In this document: in pieces, positions 36,751 to 46,164 of the stretch | How positions within the stretch are numbered: position 1 is the first letter of the stretch | Layout of the letters: every line of letters begins with the position of its first letter | Source of the DNA: Elusimicrobiota bacterium | Lineage (GTDB): Bacteria > Elusimicrobiota > Elusimicrobia > UBA1565 > UBA9628 | Length of the DNA: 64,000 nt | Assembly (NCBI GenBank): GCA_023249645.1 | Contig: JAHFCF010000002.1 | Coordinates: 64,806 to 128,805 of the forward strand | Direction: 5' to 3' | The notes under the pieces: model-generated | The model's input: the letters and a program-made list of their open reading frames with translations, nothing else | What the model was told of the DNA's origin: nothing | The model's database searches: none | Made by a program: the position numbers and the translations under genes

Positions 36751-36823
36751 GCAACTGTGGGCGCCCACAGTTGCACTTATTCAGCAAAGGTGTCCAGCCC
36801 AAGCAACTGTGTCCGGACACAGT
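36751..36823. repeat. Two related perfect palindromes
   Basis: GCAACTGTGGGCGCCCACAGTTGC (36751-36774) and ACTGTGTCCGGACACAGT (36806-36823); both carry GCAACTGTG at the 5' end. Confidence 0.85.
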
Positions 36824-36836
36824 CAAAGGATAAAGC

Positions 36837-37331
36837 ATGATTGAAGCCATCGCTTTTTATACTTTTGCCGCCGTGACGTTAATCGGCGCGTTTGGCGTGG
36901 TCACGCTGCGCAATACGATCTACTCAGCCCTATGCCTGGGATTGTGTCTGGCCGGCGTGGCCGGCATCTTCGCCAACCTGGGCGCGGATTTCCTTTTCGC
37001 CAGCCAGCTCCTCATCTACGTCGGCGGCATCGCGATCCTCATCGTGTTCGCCGTCATGCTCTTGGGACGCACCTCGGACCTCCACTTGAAGCAGGTCAAC
37101 GAACAATGGGCCGCGGCGTTCCTCATCGGCGCCGTCACTTGGGTCGGACTCTGGAGAGCCGCCAAGATATTCTCCCACACGCCGCTGCCCATCCCTGAGG
37201 CCGCCAAGACGACCCGCGCCATCGGGCTCTTGATGATGGGAGACCTGGCCGTGCCCTTCGAGGCCATCTCCCTCGTCCTCTTGGCGGCACTCCTGGGCGC
37301 CGTGTTCTTCTCGCGCAAGGAGAACCCATGA
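36837..37331 (+). CDS. nuoJ: NADH-quinone oxidoreductase subunit J
   Basis: QLLIYVGGIAILIVFAVML, PFEAISLVLLAALLGAV. Confidence 0.93.
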   Translation: MIEAIAFYTFAAVTLIGAFGVVTLRNTIYSALCLGLCLAGVAGIFANLGADFLFASQLLIYVGGIAILIVFAVMLLGRTSDLHLKQVNEQWAAAFLIGAVTWVGLWRAAKIFSHTPLPIPEAAKTTRAIGLLMMGDLAVPFEAISLVLLAALLGAVFFSRKENP

Positions 37332-37633
37332 CCCTGACCCACCATCTCCTCTTGGGCGCGGCGCTCTTTCTCATCGGCGTGTTCGGGGCCTTGACCCGAC
37401 GCAACATCATCGGCATCCTCATGTCCATCGAGCTCATGTTCAACGCCGCCAACATCAACCTGGCCGCCTTCAACCACTTCCTCCATCCCGAAGGCGTCCT
37501 GGGGATGACCACGGCGCTCTTCATCATCACCGTGGCCGCGGCCGAGGTCGTGGTCGGGCTGGCCCTGGTTCTGGCCATCTATCGCAATTGCGAATCGGTC
37601 TATGCGGAGGACTTCAACCTGCTGAAGGGATGA
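37328..37633 (+). CDS. nuoK: NADH-quinone oxidoreductase subunit K
   Basis: RRNII.ILMSIELMFNAANIN, AAAEVVVGLA. Confidence 0.95.
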   Translation: MTLTHHLLLGAALFLIGVFGALTRRNIIGILMSIELMFNAANINLAAFNHFLHPEGVLGMTTALFIITVAAAEVVVGLALVLAIYRNCESVYAEDFNLLKG

Positions 37634-39597
37634 CCATGCTCGAACACGCCTATCTCATTGCCCTCATCCCGCTGGCCGCCTCCTTCCTCATCCTTTTTGG
37701 CGGCAAAGAGGACCCGCACTCGCCACTGCCCTTCGTCGGCATCGCCGCGATCGGCTGGTGCCTCGTGGAATCCTTGGGCATATTGTACGCGGCCATCTCA
37801 GGCGCAGCTTTGCCCTATGCGCAGGACTGGTCCTGGTTCTCCTTCGGCATGACCGCGGCCAACCGCCCCTTCGTCTATGACATGCCCATCGGGGTCCTCA
37901 TCGACGGACCAGCCGTCTTCATGCTGGTCGTCGTGACCCTGGTCAGCTTCCTGGTCCAGATCTACTCCCTTTCCTACATGCATGGCGACGCGCGCTTCAA
38001 ACGCTACTACGCCTATCTGTCCTTCTTCACCGCGTCCATGCTGGGCCTGGTGGTGTCCAGCAACCTCCTGGTCACCTTCTGCTGCTGGGAGCTGGTGGGA
38101 TTCTCTTCCTACATCCTCATCGGCTTCTGGTTCGAAAGATCCGAACCCGCCTATGCCGCCAAGAAGGCCTTCCTCACCACCAAACTGGGCGACCTGGGGC
38201 TCTACCTCGCGCTGCTGTTCATCTTCGTCCTCGTGGGAAGCTTCCAGATCCCGCAGATCGCGCAGTTCGTCTCGCGCGGCTACATGTCAACGGCCGCCGC
38301 GACCCTCATCGCTCTGGGGATACTCTGCGGCGCGGCTGGAAAATCCGCGCAGGCGCCTCTCTTCATCTGGCTGCCCGACGCCATGGAAGGCCCCACCCCG
38401 GTCTCGGCCCTCATCCATGCCGCCACCATGGTCGCGGCCGGCGTCTATCTCGTGGCCCGGTGCTACTTCATCTTCACGGCCGCACCCATCGCGATGGAGA
38501 CCGTGGCCTGGCTGGGAGCCCTCACGGCGTTCTTGGCGGCGACCATGGCCATCGTCTGCACCGACATCAAAAGGGTGCTGGCCTTCTCGACCGTCTCCCA
38601 GCTGGGGTTCATGATGTGCGCCCTGGGCGCCTGGGGCCTGACGGCAGGACTCTTCCACCTGACCACGCACGCCGCCTTCAAGGCGCTGCTCTTCCTCTGC
38701 GCCGGCTCGGTCATCCACGCCGTGCATACCAATGACATGCGCCAGATGGGGGGACTCTCCAAGAAGATGCCCCTCACGTTTTTGACCACCTTCATCGGGA
38801 CCTGCGCCATCTCGGGCATCCCGCTCTTGTCCGGCTGGTACTCCAAGGACATGATCTTGGAAAGGGTCTACGAACACGACCCCCGCCTCTTCATCATCCT
38901 CGCCATCACGGCGACCTTGACCGCGTTCTACATGTTCCGCCTCCTCTTCTTGACCTTCCTGGGCACGGAGCGCGACAAGGACAAGCACGCCCATGCCCAC
39001 GAGTCGCCCTGGCCCATGACCGTGCCGCTCGTGGTCCTGGCGCTGCTCTCCATCTTCGCCGGAGCTCTGCTGGACCACCATCATCTCTTCGAATCCCTGG
39101 TGACGGGCCCGGTCTCTCCGGAGATCCCGCATCCGGCCCCGCCCTGGCTGGGGTGGTCGGTCACCGCCGCGGTCGCCGCGTCCATCGTCGCGGCCGCCAA
39201 GCTCTATGGCGGGCCCCACTTCGAGACAGCCCAGCGGCTCAAGGCCGCCTGGGCGCCTCTCTTCCATCTTCTGGACCGGCGCTACTACCTCGATGACATC
39301 TTCCTGGGCCTGGTGGATCTCGGCGACCGCGCCGCCCGACTCGCCTTCTGGATCGATTCCGAGGTCATCGACGCCATCTTCGTGGATGGCTGGGGCGCCG
39401 TGGCACGCCTGGCGGCCAAGCTCAGCCATCTCTTCGACGATCTCTGCATCGATCGGACGGTGGACGGCACCGGCGGCTTGAGCGTCACCGTCGGCGGAGC
39501 GCTGAGGAGCCTGGTCGCCCGGGGCCTGGCGCAGGAATATCTGATGTACGCCGCCGTGGGCATGAGCGTCTTGGCGGCCCTGACGTGGTTCAGGTAA
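37630..39597 (+). CDS. nuoL: NADH-quinone oxidoreductase subunit L
   Basis: WELVG, GKSAQAPLFIWLPDAMEGPTPVSALIHAATMV, STVSQLG, HAAFKALLFL. Confidence 0.96.
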   Translation: MTMLEHAYLIALIPLAASFLILFGGKEDPHSPLPFVGIAAIGWCLVESLGILYAAISGAALPYAQDWSWFSFGMTAANRPFVYDMPIGVLIDGPAVFMLVVVTLVSFLVQIYSLSYMHGDARFKRYYAYLSFFTASMLGLVVSSNLLVTFCCWELVGFSSYILIGFWFERSEPAYAAKKAFLTTKLGDLGLYLALLFIFVLVGSFQIPQIAQFVSRGYMSTAAATLIALGILCGAAGKSAQAPLFIWLPDAMEGPTPVSALIHAATMVAAGVYLVARCYFIFTAAPIAMETVAWLGALTAFLAATMAIVCTDIKRVLAFSTVSQLGFMMCALGAWGLTAGLFHLTTHAAFKALLFLCAGSVIHAVHTNDMRQMGGLSKKMPLTFLTTFIGTCAISGIPLLSGWYSKDMILERVYEHDPRLFIILAITATLTAFYMFRLLFLTFLGTERDKDKHAHAHESPWPMTVPLVVLALLSIFAGALLDHHHLFESLVTGPVSPEIPHPAPPWLGWSVTAAVAASIVAAAKLYGGPHFETAQRLKAAWAPLFHLLDRRYYLDDIFLGLVDLGDRAARLAFWIDSEVIDAIFVDGWGAVARLAAKLSHLFDDLCIDRTVDGTGGLSVTVGGALRSLVARGLAQEYLMYAAVGMSVLAALTWFR

Positions 39598-39607
39598 GGA
39601 GAATGTC

Positions 39608-41068
39608 ATGAACATCTTGAGTCTCATCACCTTTCTTCCGGCAGCCGGGGCCCTGGTCATCCTGGCCCTGCCCAAGGAGCGCGAGCGCGCCATCCAGGCG
39701 GCCGCGCTCATCTCTTCGGGACTCTCCCTGATCCTCTGCGGCGCGCTCTATGTCCTTTTCAACCGCGGCACCTCGGACATGCAGTTCGTCGAGCGCATCC
39801 CCTGGATCCCGTCCTTGGGCGCGCAGTACTTCTTAGGCGTGGACGGACTCTCGGTGCCCCTGGTGATCCTGACGGCCCTCATGTCCTTCGTCTCTTTGAT
39901 CGCATCTCTCAACATCAAGGTCCGCATCAAGGAGTACTTCTTCTGGTTCTTGATCCTGGAAACAGGCATGAGCGGGGTCTTCGCCGCCCTGGACATGGTC
40001 CTCTTCTATGTCTTCTGGGAGATCACCCTGGTCCCCATGTACTTCCTCATCGGGATCTGGGGGGGACCGAAGAAGGAGTACGCGGCCATCAAGTTCTTCC
40101 TCTACACCCTGACCGGCTCGGTCTTCATGCTCCTGGGCATACTGGCCGTGTACTTCAACACGACTCCGCACACCTTCGACCTGCTCACGCTGCTGCAGTC
40201 GCATGCCCAATGGAGCAGCCGCTTCCAGATCCTCGTGTTCATCGCCTTCTACCTCGGCTTCGCGGTCAAGGTGCCGGCGTTCCCGTTCCACACCTGGCTT
40301 CCCCTGGCCCATGTGGAGGCGCCCACGGCCGTGAGCGTGGTCCTGGCCGCTGTCCTGCTGAAGATGGGAGTCTACGGCATCATGCGCATCTCCTACGGCA
40401 TGCTGCCCTTGGGTTTTTCGTGGTTCCTGCCGATCCTGATCGCCATCGCGGTCATCAACATCATCTATGGCGCTCTCTGCGCCATGGCCCAGACGGACAT
40501 GAAGAAGATGGTGGCCTACTCCTCGATCAACCACATGGGCTACTGCCTTTTGGGCATCGCCGGGCTGACGGCCACGGGGTTCGCGGGCGCCAGCTTCGAG
40601 ATGATCAACCACGGGATCATCACCGGAGCCCTGTTCCTTCTGGTCGGCGTCATCTATGACCGGGCGCACACGCGCGACATCTCGGCCTTCGGCGGCTTGG
40701 CGGCTAAGCTGCCGGTCTACGCGGGCCTCATGTCCTTGGCCTGCTTCGCCTCTCTGGGCCTGCCCGGCCTGGCCGGCTTCATCAGCGAGTTCCTATGCTT
40801 CTTGGGCGCGTTCGCCCGCTGGAAGGTCTGCACGGCCGTCTCGGTCATCGGCATCCTCGTCACCGCCGCTTTCTTCCTGCGCATGCTCGAGAAAGTCTTC
40901 CTGGGACCGTTCAATGAGAAATGGTCGGCGCTCACCGACCTCGATGCCCGAGAGCTCTGCGCCATCGTGCCGCTCGCCGCGCTCACGATCGTCTTGGGCG
41001 TCTATCCCAGGCCGGCGCTGGACCTCATGAACACCACCCTCGTGCACATGGCGGGCCTCTTCAAATAA
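39608..41068 (+). CDS. nuoM: NADH-quinone oxidoreductase subunit M
   Basis: FYVFWE, AVKVPAFPFHTWLPLAHVEAP, LLKMG, AYSSINHMG, LGLPGLAGFISE. Confidence 0.96.
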   Translation: MNILSLITFLPAAGALVILALPKERERAIQAAALISSGLSLILCGALYVLFNRGTSDMQFVERIPWIPSLGAQYFLGVDGLSVPLVILTALMSFVSLIASLNIKVRIKEYFFWFLILETGMSGVFAALDMVLFYVFWEITLVPMYFLIGIWGGPKKEYAAIKFFLYTLTGSVFMLLGILAVYFNTTPHTFDLLTLLQSHAQWSSRFQILVFIAFYLGFAVKVPAFPFHTWLPLAHVEAPTAVSVVLAAVLLKMGVYGIMRISYGMLPLGFSWFLPILIAIAVINIIYGALCAMAQTDMKKMVAYSSINHMGYCLLGIAGLTATGFAGASFEMINHGIITGALFLLVGVIYDRAHTRDISAFGGLAAKLPVYAGLMSLACFASLGLPGLAGFISEFLCFLGAFARWKVCTAVSVIGILVTAAFFLRMLEKVFLGPFNEKWSALTDLDARELCAIVPLAALTIVLGVYPRPALDLMNTTLVHMAGLFK

Positions 41069-41070
41069 TC

Positions 41071-42561
41071 ATGTTCAACCTCCAGCTCCTCGCCCCCGAG
41101 ATCGTCTTGAGCGTTCTGGCCCTGGCCCTCATGGCCATCGATCTCATCCTGCCAACGAGGCGCTCCCAACTGCCGTACCATCTGGGGTGGATATCGGCCC
41201 TCGTGGCTCTGGCCTGCGTCGTCGCGACACTGGCCACCAGCAGCCAGGGAGCCGGCCCGCTCTGGATCGTGGATCCGTTCAGCCAGCTCTTCAAGGCCAT
41301 GACGCTTTTGGCCGTGATCGTGACCTTCCTGCTCTGCCTGGAATACGAGGACCTCTCGCTCTCCCAGTCAGGGACCTTCGCGGCACTCCTGCTCCTCTCG
41401 GCGGTAGGCCTCATGCTCTTGGTCTCCGCCACGGACCTTCTCTTCCTCTTCGTGTCCCTGGAGCTCGTGGCCGTCTCTTCCTTCATCCTGGCAGGGTTCG
41501 AGAGGCGCAACCGCAAGTCCAACGAAGGCGCCATCAAGTACTTCCTCTTCGGCGCCTTCTCCTCGGCCATCTTCGTCTACGGCCTCTCTCTCTACTACGG
41601 CGCGGCCGGCACGACCAAGCTCTTGATCCTCTCGCAGAACGGCTCGAGCCTGAGCCTCTGGACTCCGGTGCTGACGGGCCTGGGCCGGCAGGGCCCGGTC
41701 CTGCTCTTAGCCATGCTCTTCCTGCTTCTGGGCTTCGGCTTCAAGGCGGCGATGGTGCCCATGCACTTCTGGGTGCCCGATGTCTACGAGGGCGCGCCCA
41801 TGCCGGTGACGACCTTTCTCTCGGTCGCTCCCAAGATCGCGATCATGGGAGTCCTCTTGCGGGTCTTCACGCTCCTGGTGCCGGCCTCGGGCCTGGGCCT
41901 GACCGGGCTTCTGGCCCTCTTGGCCATCCTCACCATGACCGTGGGCAACACCATCGCCATCTTCCAGGACAACGTCAAGCGCCTCTTGGCCTACTCCTCC
42001 ATCGCCCAGGCCGGCTATATCCTGATCGGCATCGTGACCGCCAACTCCCTCGGCTTGGAGGGCGTGCTCCTCTACAGCGCTGTCTACATCGCCATGAACG
42101 TCGGCGCATTCACCGTGCTGCAGGCTGTGGGCAAGAACGGCTCCTACGAGCTTTCGGCCTTCGACGGCCTCTCGCGCCGATCCATGGCACTCGCTCTGAC
42201 CATGGCCGTATTCCTGCTCTCCTTGGCCGGCATCCCTCCGTTGGCTGGGTTCATCGGGAAGTTCTATCTCTTCGCCGCGGCCATGGAGGCCGGCCGCGCA
42301 GCAGCCTCCTCATCCTCGAAAAACATCTTCTACGCCTTGGCCGTGGTCGGCGTCATCAACAGCGTCATCTCGGTCTACTACTACATGAAGATCGTCTACC
42401 ACATGTTCTTCTTACCGCCGCACGAGAGGTCCTCGGCGCCGGCCATCGGTCCCTATCTGCTAGCCGTCCTGGCCGTGTGCCTGGCCGGAGTCCTCGCCTT
42501 CGGCGTCTGGCCGGAGCCTCTCATCGCCCAGATGAGGATCTCCGCCGTGCACCTGCCGTAG
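41071..42561 (+). CDS. nuoN: NADH-quinone oxidoreductase subunit N
   Basis: EGAIKYF, FKAAMVPMHFWVPDVYEGAP, KRLLAYSSIAQAGY, SLAGIPPLAGFIGK. Confidence 0.96.
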   Translation: MFNLQLLAPEIVLSVLALALMAIDLILPTRRSQLPYHLGWISALVALACVVATLATSSQGAGPLWIVDPFSQLFKAMTLLAVIVTFLLCLEYEDLSLSQSGTFAALLLLSAVGLMLLVSATDLLFLFVSLELVAVSSFILAGFERRNRKSNEGAIKYFLFGAFSSAIFVYGLSLYYGAAGTTKLLILSQNGSSLSLWTPVLTGLGRQGPVLLLAMLFLLLGFGFKAAMVPMHFWVPDVYEGAPMPVTTFLSVAPKIAIMGVLLRVFTLLVPASGLGLTGLLALLAILTMTVGNTIAIFQDNVKRLLAYSSIAQAGYILIGIVTANSLGLEGVLLYSAVYIAMNVGAFTVLQAVGKNGSYELSAFDGLSRRSMALALTMAVFLLSLAGIPPLAGFIGKFYLFAAAMEAGRAAASSSSKNIFYALAVVGVINSVISVYYYMKIVYHMFFLPPHERSSAPAIGPYLLAVLAVCLAGVLAFGVWPEPLIAQMRISAVHLP

Positions 42562-42649
42562 GTCTTTGGGCCCACAAAAATCCGGGACCATTGCCGACGC
42601 AGTTTTGGGACTTTTGACCTATGGAGAAATCCTAAAAATAACGTATCCT
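42559..42649 (+). promoter_or_regulatory. Triple-box promoter A
   Basis: TAGGTCTTTGGGCCCA (42559), CGGGACCATTGCCGAC (42583), TGGGACTTTTGACCTA (42606); -10-like TATCCT at 42644. Confidence 0.75.
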
Positions 42650-42680
42650 TTCTGGAGATTGGCCGCAGCAGGAGGTTCAA

Positions 42681-43232
42681 ATGAAAATTTTTAATTCCCT
42701 TTCCGTGATCGCACTTCTCTGCAGTCCGACACCGCTTTTAGCCCGAGCTGGGGGAGGGCTCGCGTCGCATTACATAGCGACGCAGACTGCGCTCAATCAA
42801 AGCCAGCAAGGTGATGGCTGCCCGTGGCTGGGTGCCTCAGGGATTCTGCAATGCGAAATCGAGAAAGCCAAAAAATCACGCGATGAAATCTTTGCCAATG
42901 GCCCTGACAGCAAAACGATCGCCGAAAAGAAACAAGCCGTCGATAGACTCATCGTTCTTTACAACACTTCGAAGAATGAAGAGGTGTGGTTGGATGCCAT
43001 CACAACATTGGTCGGCAGCCCTCTTATGATGTCTAATGAGATTCAGGAATATGCGATCTCCCAGATATGTTATCTGTCGCCGTTGCCGCTTCTTGAAAGC
43101 AAAACCATCAAAGAACGACTCATTGAGAGTCTGCGGAGCTTCACGTATGCTGCTGAGTATCCATATGAGAAACACTCTAAAGCATTCTACATCGATCTCG
43201 CCAAGGAGTTAGCATACCTTGCTCAAGGGTAG
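42681..43232 (+). CDS. Hypothetical secreted protein (lower GC)
   Basis: Signal peptide MKIFNSLSVIALLCSPTPLLARA; AGGAGG RBS; no family recognised. Confidence 0.75.
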   Translation: MKIFNSLSVIALLCSPTPLLARAGGGLASHYIATQTALNQSQQGDGCPWLGASGILQCEIEKAKKSRDEIFANGPDSKTIAEKKQAVDRLIVLYNTSKNEEVWLDAITTLVGSPLMMSNEIQEYAISQICYLSPLPLLESKTIKERLIESLRSFTYAAEYPYEKHSKAFYIDLAKELAYLAQG

Positions 43233-43279
43233 GCTTTCTGCCGTGCACCTGCCGCAGTCAAAATTTGTATCTTCTTCGC

Positions 43280-44158
43280 ATGCGTTTGCGCTGCCTGGCG
43301 TCGACGGTCGTGATCACCTACACGGCCACTGCACTCCTCTCCTGGCATTGCGAAAATATCCTCTTCAAACCCTATGCGGGACTACGCGGCCAGGCACTAG
43401 CCGGAACGGCCAGTGCCGAGGCTCGCGCCACCCAGCGCCTGAGCCGGACGCCTGACTTCTACAAAGCGGAGTACGGATTCGAGAATTTCAACGGAGATCA
43501 ACTCCACATCAGCTATCAGGCCCCGCGCCAGGCCTACGAAGCCTATTGTTCGAGCTTCTGGTACCGCTTGGAAGACCTCAATGCAGCCGGTCCATCTGTG
43601 GATGCCTATCTCGCCTCGCGCGGCTTCAAACGCCTGGAGAAGAACATCATCGAGGCGGATGTGCCCGGCATGGTCAAGAGAAGCTCCGGACCCTTGAAAG
43701 CCCTCTCTAAAGCCTTCGATCGCATCGCCATGGATAAGAACTACGATTCAGAAAGCCTCATCGGCTCGGTCACGGCCATGGTCCAGACCGCGGTGCGCTA
43801 CCAGATCCCGCCCGTCGTTGAAGATGGCCGACACACGGGAGGCATACTGCCTCCGGTCATGTCCCTGATGCGCGGGTGGGGGGACTGCGACACGAAGACC
43901 GGACTTTTGACCTCGATCTTGGTCAACTGGCCGAACATGCGCATGGTCGGCATCGCGCTGCCCGGTCACTATCTCATGGCCGTCTTGCGCATCCCGGCTC
44001 GCGGCGAGGCTTTCGTGGAATACCAGGGCCTGAAATATGTCCTCGTCGAACCCGCCGGACCGGCGTGGCTGGCCCCGGGCACGGTCGGCGTGGACACCCT
44101 GCCGGAACTAGAAGCTGCCGAAGGATTCCGGATCGAGCCGTTTTTTGATCCGTCATAA
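43280..44158 (+). CDS. Membrane-anchored transglutaminase-like cysteine hydrolase
   Basis: N-terminal TM; QTAVRY, GDCDTKT, PGHYLMAV, YVLVEPAGP (Cys-His-Glu order). Confidence 0.75.
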   Translation: MRLRCLASTVVITYTATALLSWHCENILFKPYAGLRGQALAGTASAEARATQRLSRTPDFYKAEYGFENFNGDQLHISYQAPRQAYEAYCSSFWYRLEDLNAAGPSVDAYLASRGFKRLEKNIIEADVPGMVKRSSGPLKALSKAFDRIAMDKNYDSESLIGSVTAMVQTAVRYQIPPVVEDGRHTGGILPPVMSLMRGWGDCDTKTGLLTSILVNWPNMRMVGIALPGHYLMAVLRIPARGEAFVEYQGLKYVLVEPAGPAWLAPGTVGVDTLPELEAAEGFRIEPFFDPS

Positions 44159-44170
44159 AAGGAGAAAACC

Positions 44171-44710
44171 ATGTTCATGATCCGAGTGCTGGTGAGCCTT
44201 TTCGAATTCGTCCTGGCGGTTGTCATGTCCGGCGGCGTCATCTACGCGACCTACCGCGTCTTCATCAAGGCCAACCCAGACTTCGACATGCAGGCCGAGA
44301 TCAAGAAGGGAAACATCGCCGTGGGGCTTCTCGTCTCCACCATCCTCATCTGCGCCTCGGTCTTCGTGGAGAAGGGCATGGCCTCGGTAGTGCACATGTT
44401 CCGACTCTACATCAGCATGCCGGCCCAAGCGCCGATCTCCGGATGGCAGCTGGTCCTCATCGGCTTGGGCCACTTGGCTATTTCCTTGCTGTTAGCAGTC
44501 CTGACCATCTCGCTCACCCTGCGCCTCTTCGGAAGGCTCACCGCCGAGATGCAGGAAGGCAAGGAACTTGAAAAGGGGAATCTGGCGGTCGGTCTTCTCC
44601 TTTCCAGCGTCGTCATCGTGGCCACGTTCTACGTCTCAGGCGGGGTCAGCGCGCTCTCCAAAGCCCTCGTGCCCCAGCCTTCCATCGGACGGATAGAAAT
44701 CCAGAAATAA
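44171..44710 (+). CDS. DUF350-domain membrane protein
   Basis: Duplicated EIKKGNIAVGL / ELEKGNLAVGL motif, four TMs. Confidence 0.85.
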   Translation: MFMIRVLVSLFEFVLAVVMSGGVIYATYRVFIKANPDFDMQAEIKKGNIAVGLLVSTILICASVFVEKGMASVVHMFRLYISMPAQAPISGWQLVLIGLGHLAISLLLAVLTISLTLRLFGRLTAEMQEGKELEKGNLAVGLLLSSVVIVATFYVSGGVSALSKALVPQPSIGRIEIQK

Positions 44711-44716
44711 GCTAAA

Positions 44717-44759
44717 ATGGGTGTCAGGCTTTCTCGTATTTTCCGTATTTGACACCCAT
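44717..44759 (-). repeat. Dispersed 31-nt repeat, copy 2, enclosed by a 10-bp inverted repeat
   Basis: Reverse strand AAATACGGAAAATACGAGAAAGCCTGACAC; arms ATGGGTGTCA / TGACACCCAT reach into the hydA start codon. Confidence 0.85.
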
Positions 44760-46164
44760 GGCGAAAAAACCACACGATCTCCTCATCCGAGGAGCGACGG
44801 TTCTAAGCGCGTCGGACAGTTTCGTGGCGGATATTGCCGTTTCCAATGGGCGCGTCATTGCCTTGGGAGAGGACCTGGGACCGGCCCAGGAATCCATCGA
44901 CGCCCGCGGCCTGGTGGCCGCACCGGGAGGCGTGGACGCGCACACCCATCTCGACATGCCCTGTCCGGGCGGGACCACGGCGGACGATTTTTCCACGGGG
45001 ACGGCCGCCGCTCTCTTCGGCGGCACGACCACCATCATCGATTTCGCGACCCAGCAACGCGGGGGCAGCTGCCTCAAGGCTCTACAAGATTGGCATGCCA
45101 AGGCGGATGGCAAGAGTTTTACGGATTACGCCTTTCACATGGCCATCACGGACATGTCCGAGAGCGCTTCGCGCGAAATGAAGCGTCTCATCGGTGAGGG
45201 CGTGACCAGCTTCAAGCTCTACATGGCCTACCCAGCGCTCCTCTCGGACGACGCGGCCATTCTCAGAGCCTTGGAGCGATCCAATGAGATCGGCGGCTTG
45301 ATCGCCCTGCACTGCGAAAACGAACCGGCCATCGATCGACTGATCAAAGAAGCCATCGCCGCGGGACACATCGAGCCGAGATTCCACCCACTGACCCGGC
45401 CGCCGCAAGCCGAGGCCGAGGCTGTCAGCCGCGCCGTCTCTTTGGCCGAGACGGCCCAGGCGCCCGTCTACATCGTCCATCTCTCGGCAGCGGATTCCCT
45501 CGAAGAGGTGCGCCGCGCCCGCCGCAGGGGTGTGGCTGTCCTGGCTGAGACTTGCCCGCAGTATCTCTATCTGGCCAGCCACGAATACGACAAGCCGTTT
45601 TGTGAAGCAGCACGGTCCGTGATCTCGCCGCCCTTAAGATCCAAGGAGCATTCCCAAGCCCTGTGGCAGGCTTTGTCCTGGGGGGAATTCCAAGCCGTGG
45701 CCACGGACCACTGCACCTTCCCCATGCATTCCAAGCCCGGCAAGCCGGGCAAGGACCGCGGCCTCAAGGATTTCTCAAAGATCCCGGGGGGCGCCCCGGG
45801 CCTGGAGACGCGCATGCTCCTCATGTGGGAGGCGGTGCAAAAAGGCCGGATCTCTTCTTCGCGGTTCGTGGATCTGACCTCGACGGGCCCGGCCAAGGCC
45901 TTCGGCCTCTACCCCCGCAAGGGCCACCTCATGCCTGGGGCCGACGCGGACATCGTGCTCATCGATCCCCAGCACCGCACGACGATCGCTGCCGCCGATC
46001 TTCACCACGCCGTGGACTACACGCCCTTCGAGGGCATCTGCGTGCACGGCGCCATCCGGGAGGTCTTTCTGCGCGGCCGACGCGCCGTCTCCCAAGGACG
46101 GCTCCTGGCCAAGAAAGGCCAAGGCCGCTTTCTCCAGTGCAGCCAAAGACAGTTCTGCCTATGA
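44758..46164 (+). CDS. hydA: Dihydropyrimidinase / D-hydantoinase
   Basis: PGGVDAHTH, GGTTTIIDF, SFKLYMAY, HCEN, YIVHLS, AETCPQYL, SPPLR, ATDHC. Confidence 0.92.
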   Translation: MAKKPHDLLIRGATVLSASDSFVADIAVSNGRVIALGEDLGPAQESIDARGLVAAPGGVDAHTHLDMPCPGGTTADDFSTGTAAALFGGTTTIIDFATQQRGGSCLKALQDWHAKADGKSFTDYAFHMAITDMSESASREMKRLIGEGVTSFKLYMAYPALLSDDAAILRALERSNEIGGLIALHCENEPAIDRLIKEAIAAGHIEPRFHPLTRPPQAEAEAVSRAVSLAETAQAPVYIVHLSAADSLEEVRRARRRGVAVLAETCPQYLYLASHEYDKPFCEAARSVISPPLRSKEHSQALWQALSWGEFQAVATDHCTFPMHSKPGKPGKDRGLKDFSKIPGGAPGLETRMLLMWEAVQKGRISSSRFVDLTSTGPAKAFGLYPRKGHLMPGADADIVLIDPQHRTTIAAADLHHAVDYTPFEGICVHGAIREVFLRGRRAVSQGRLLAKKGQGRFLQCSQRQFCL

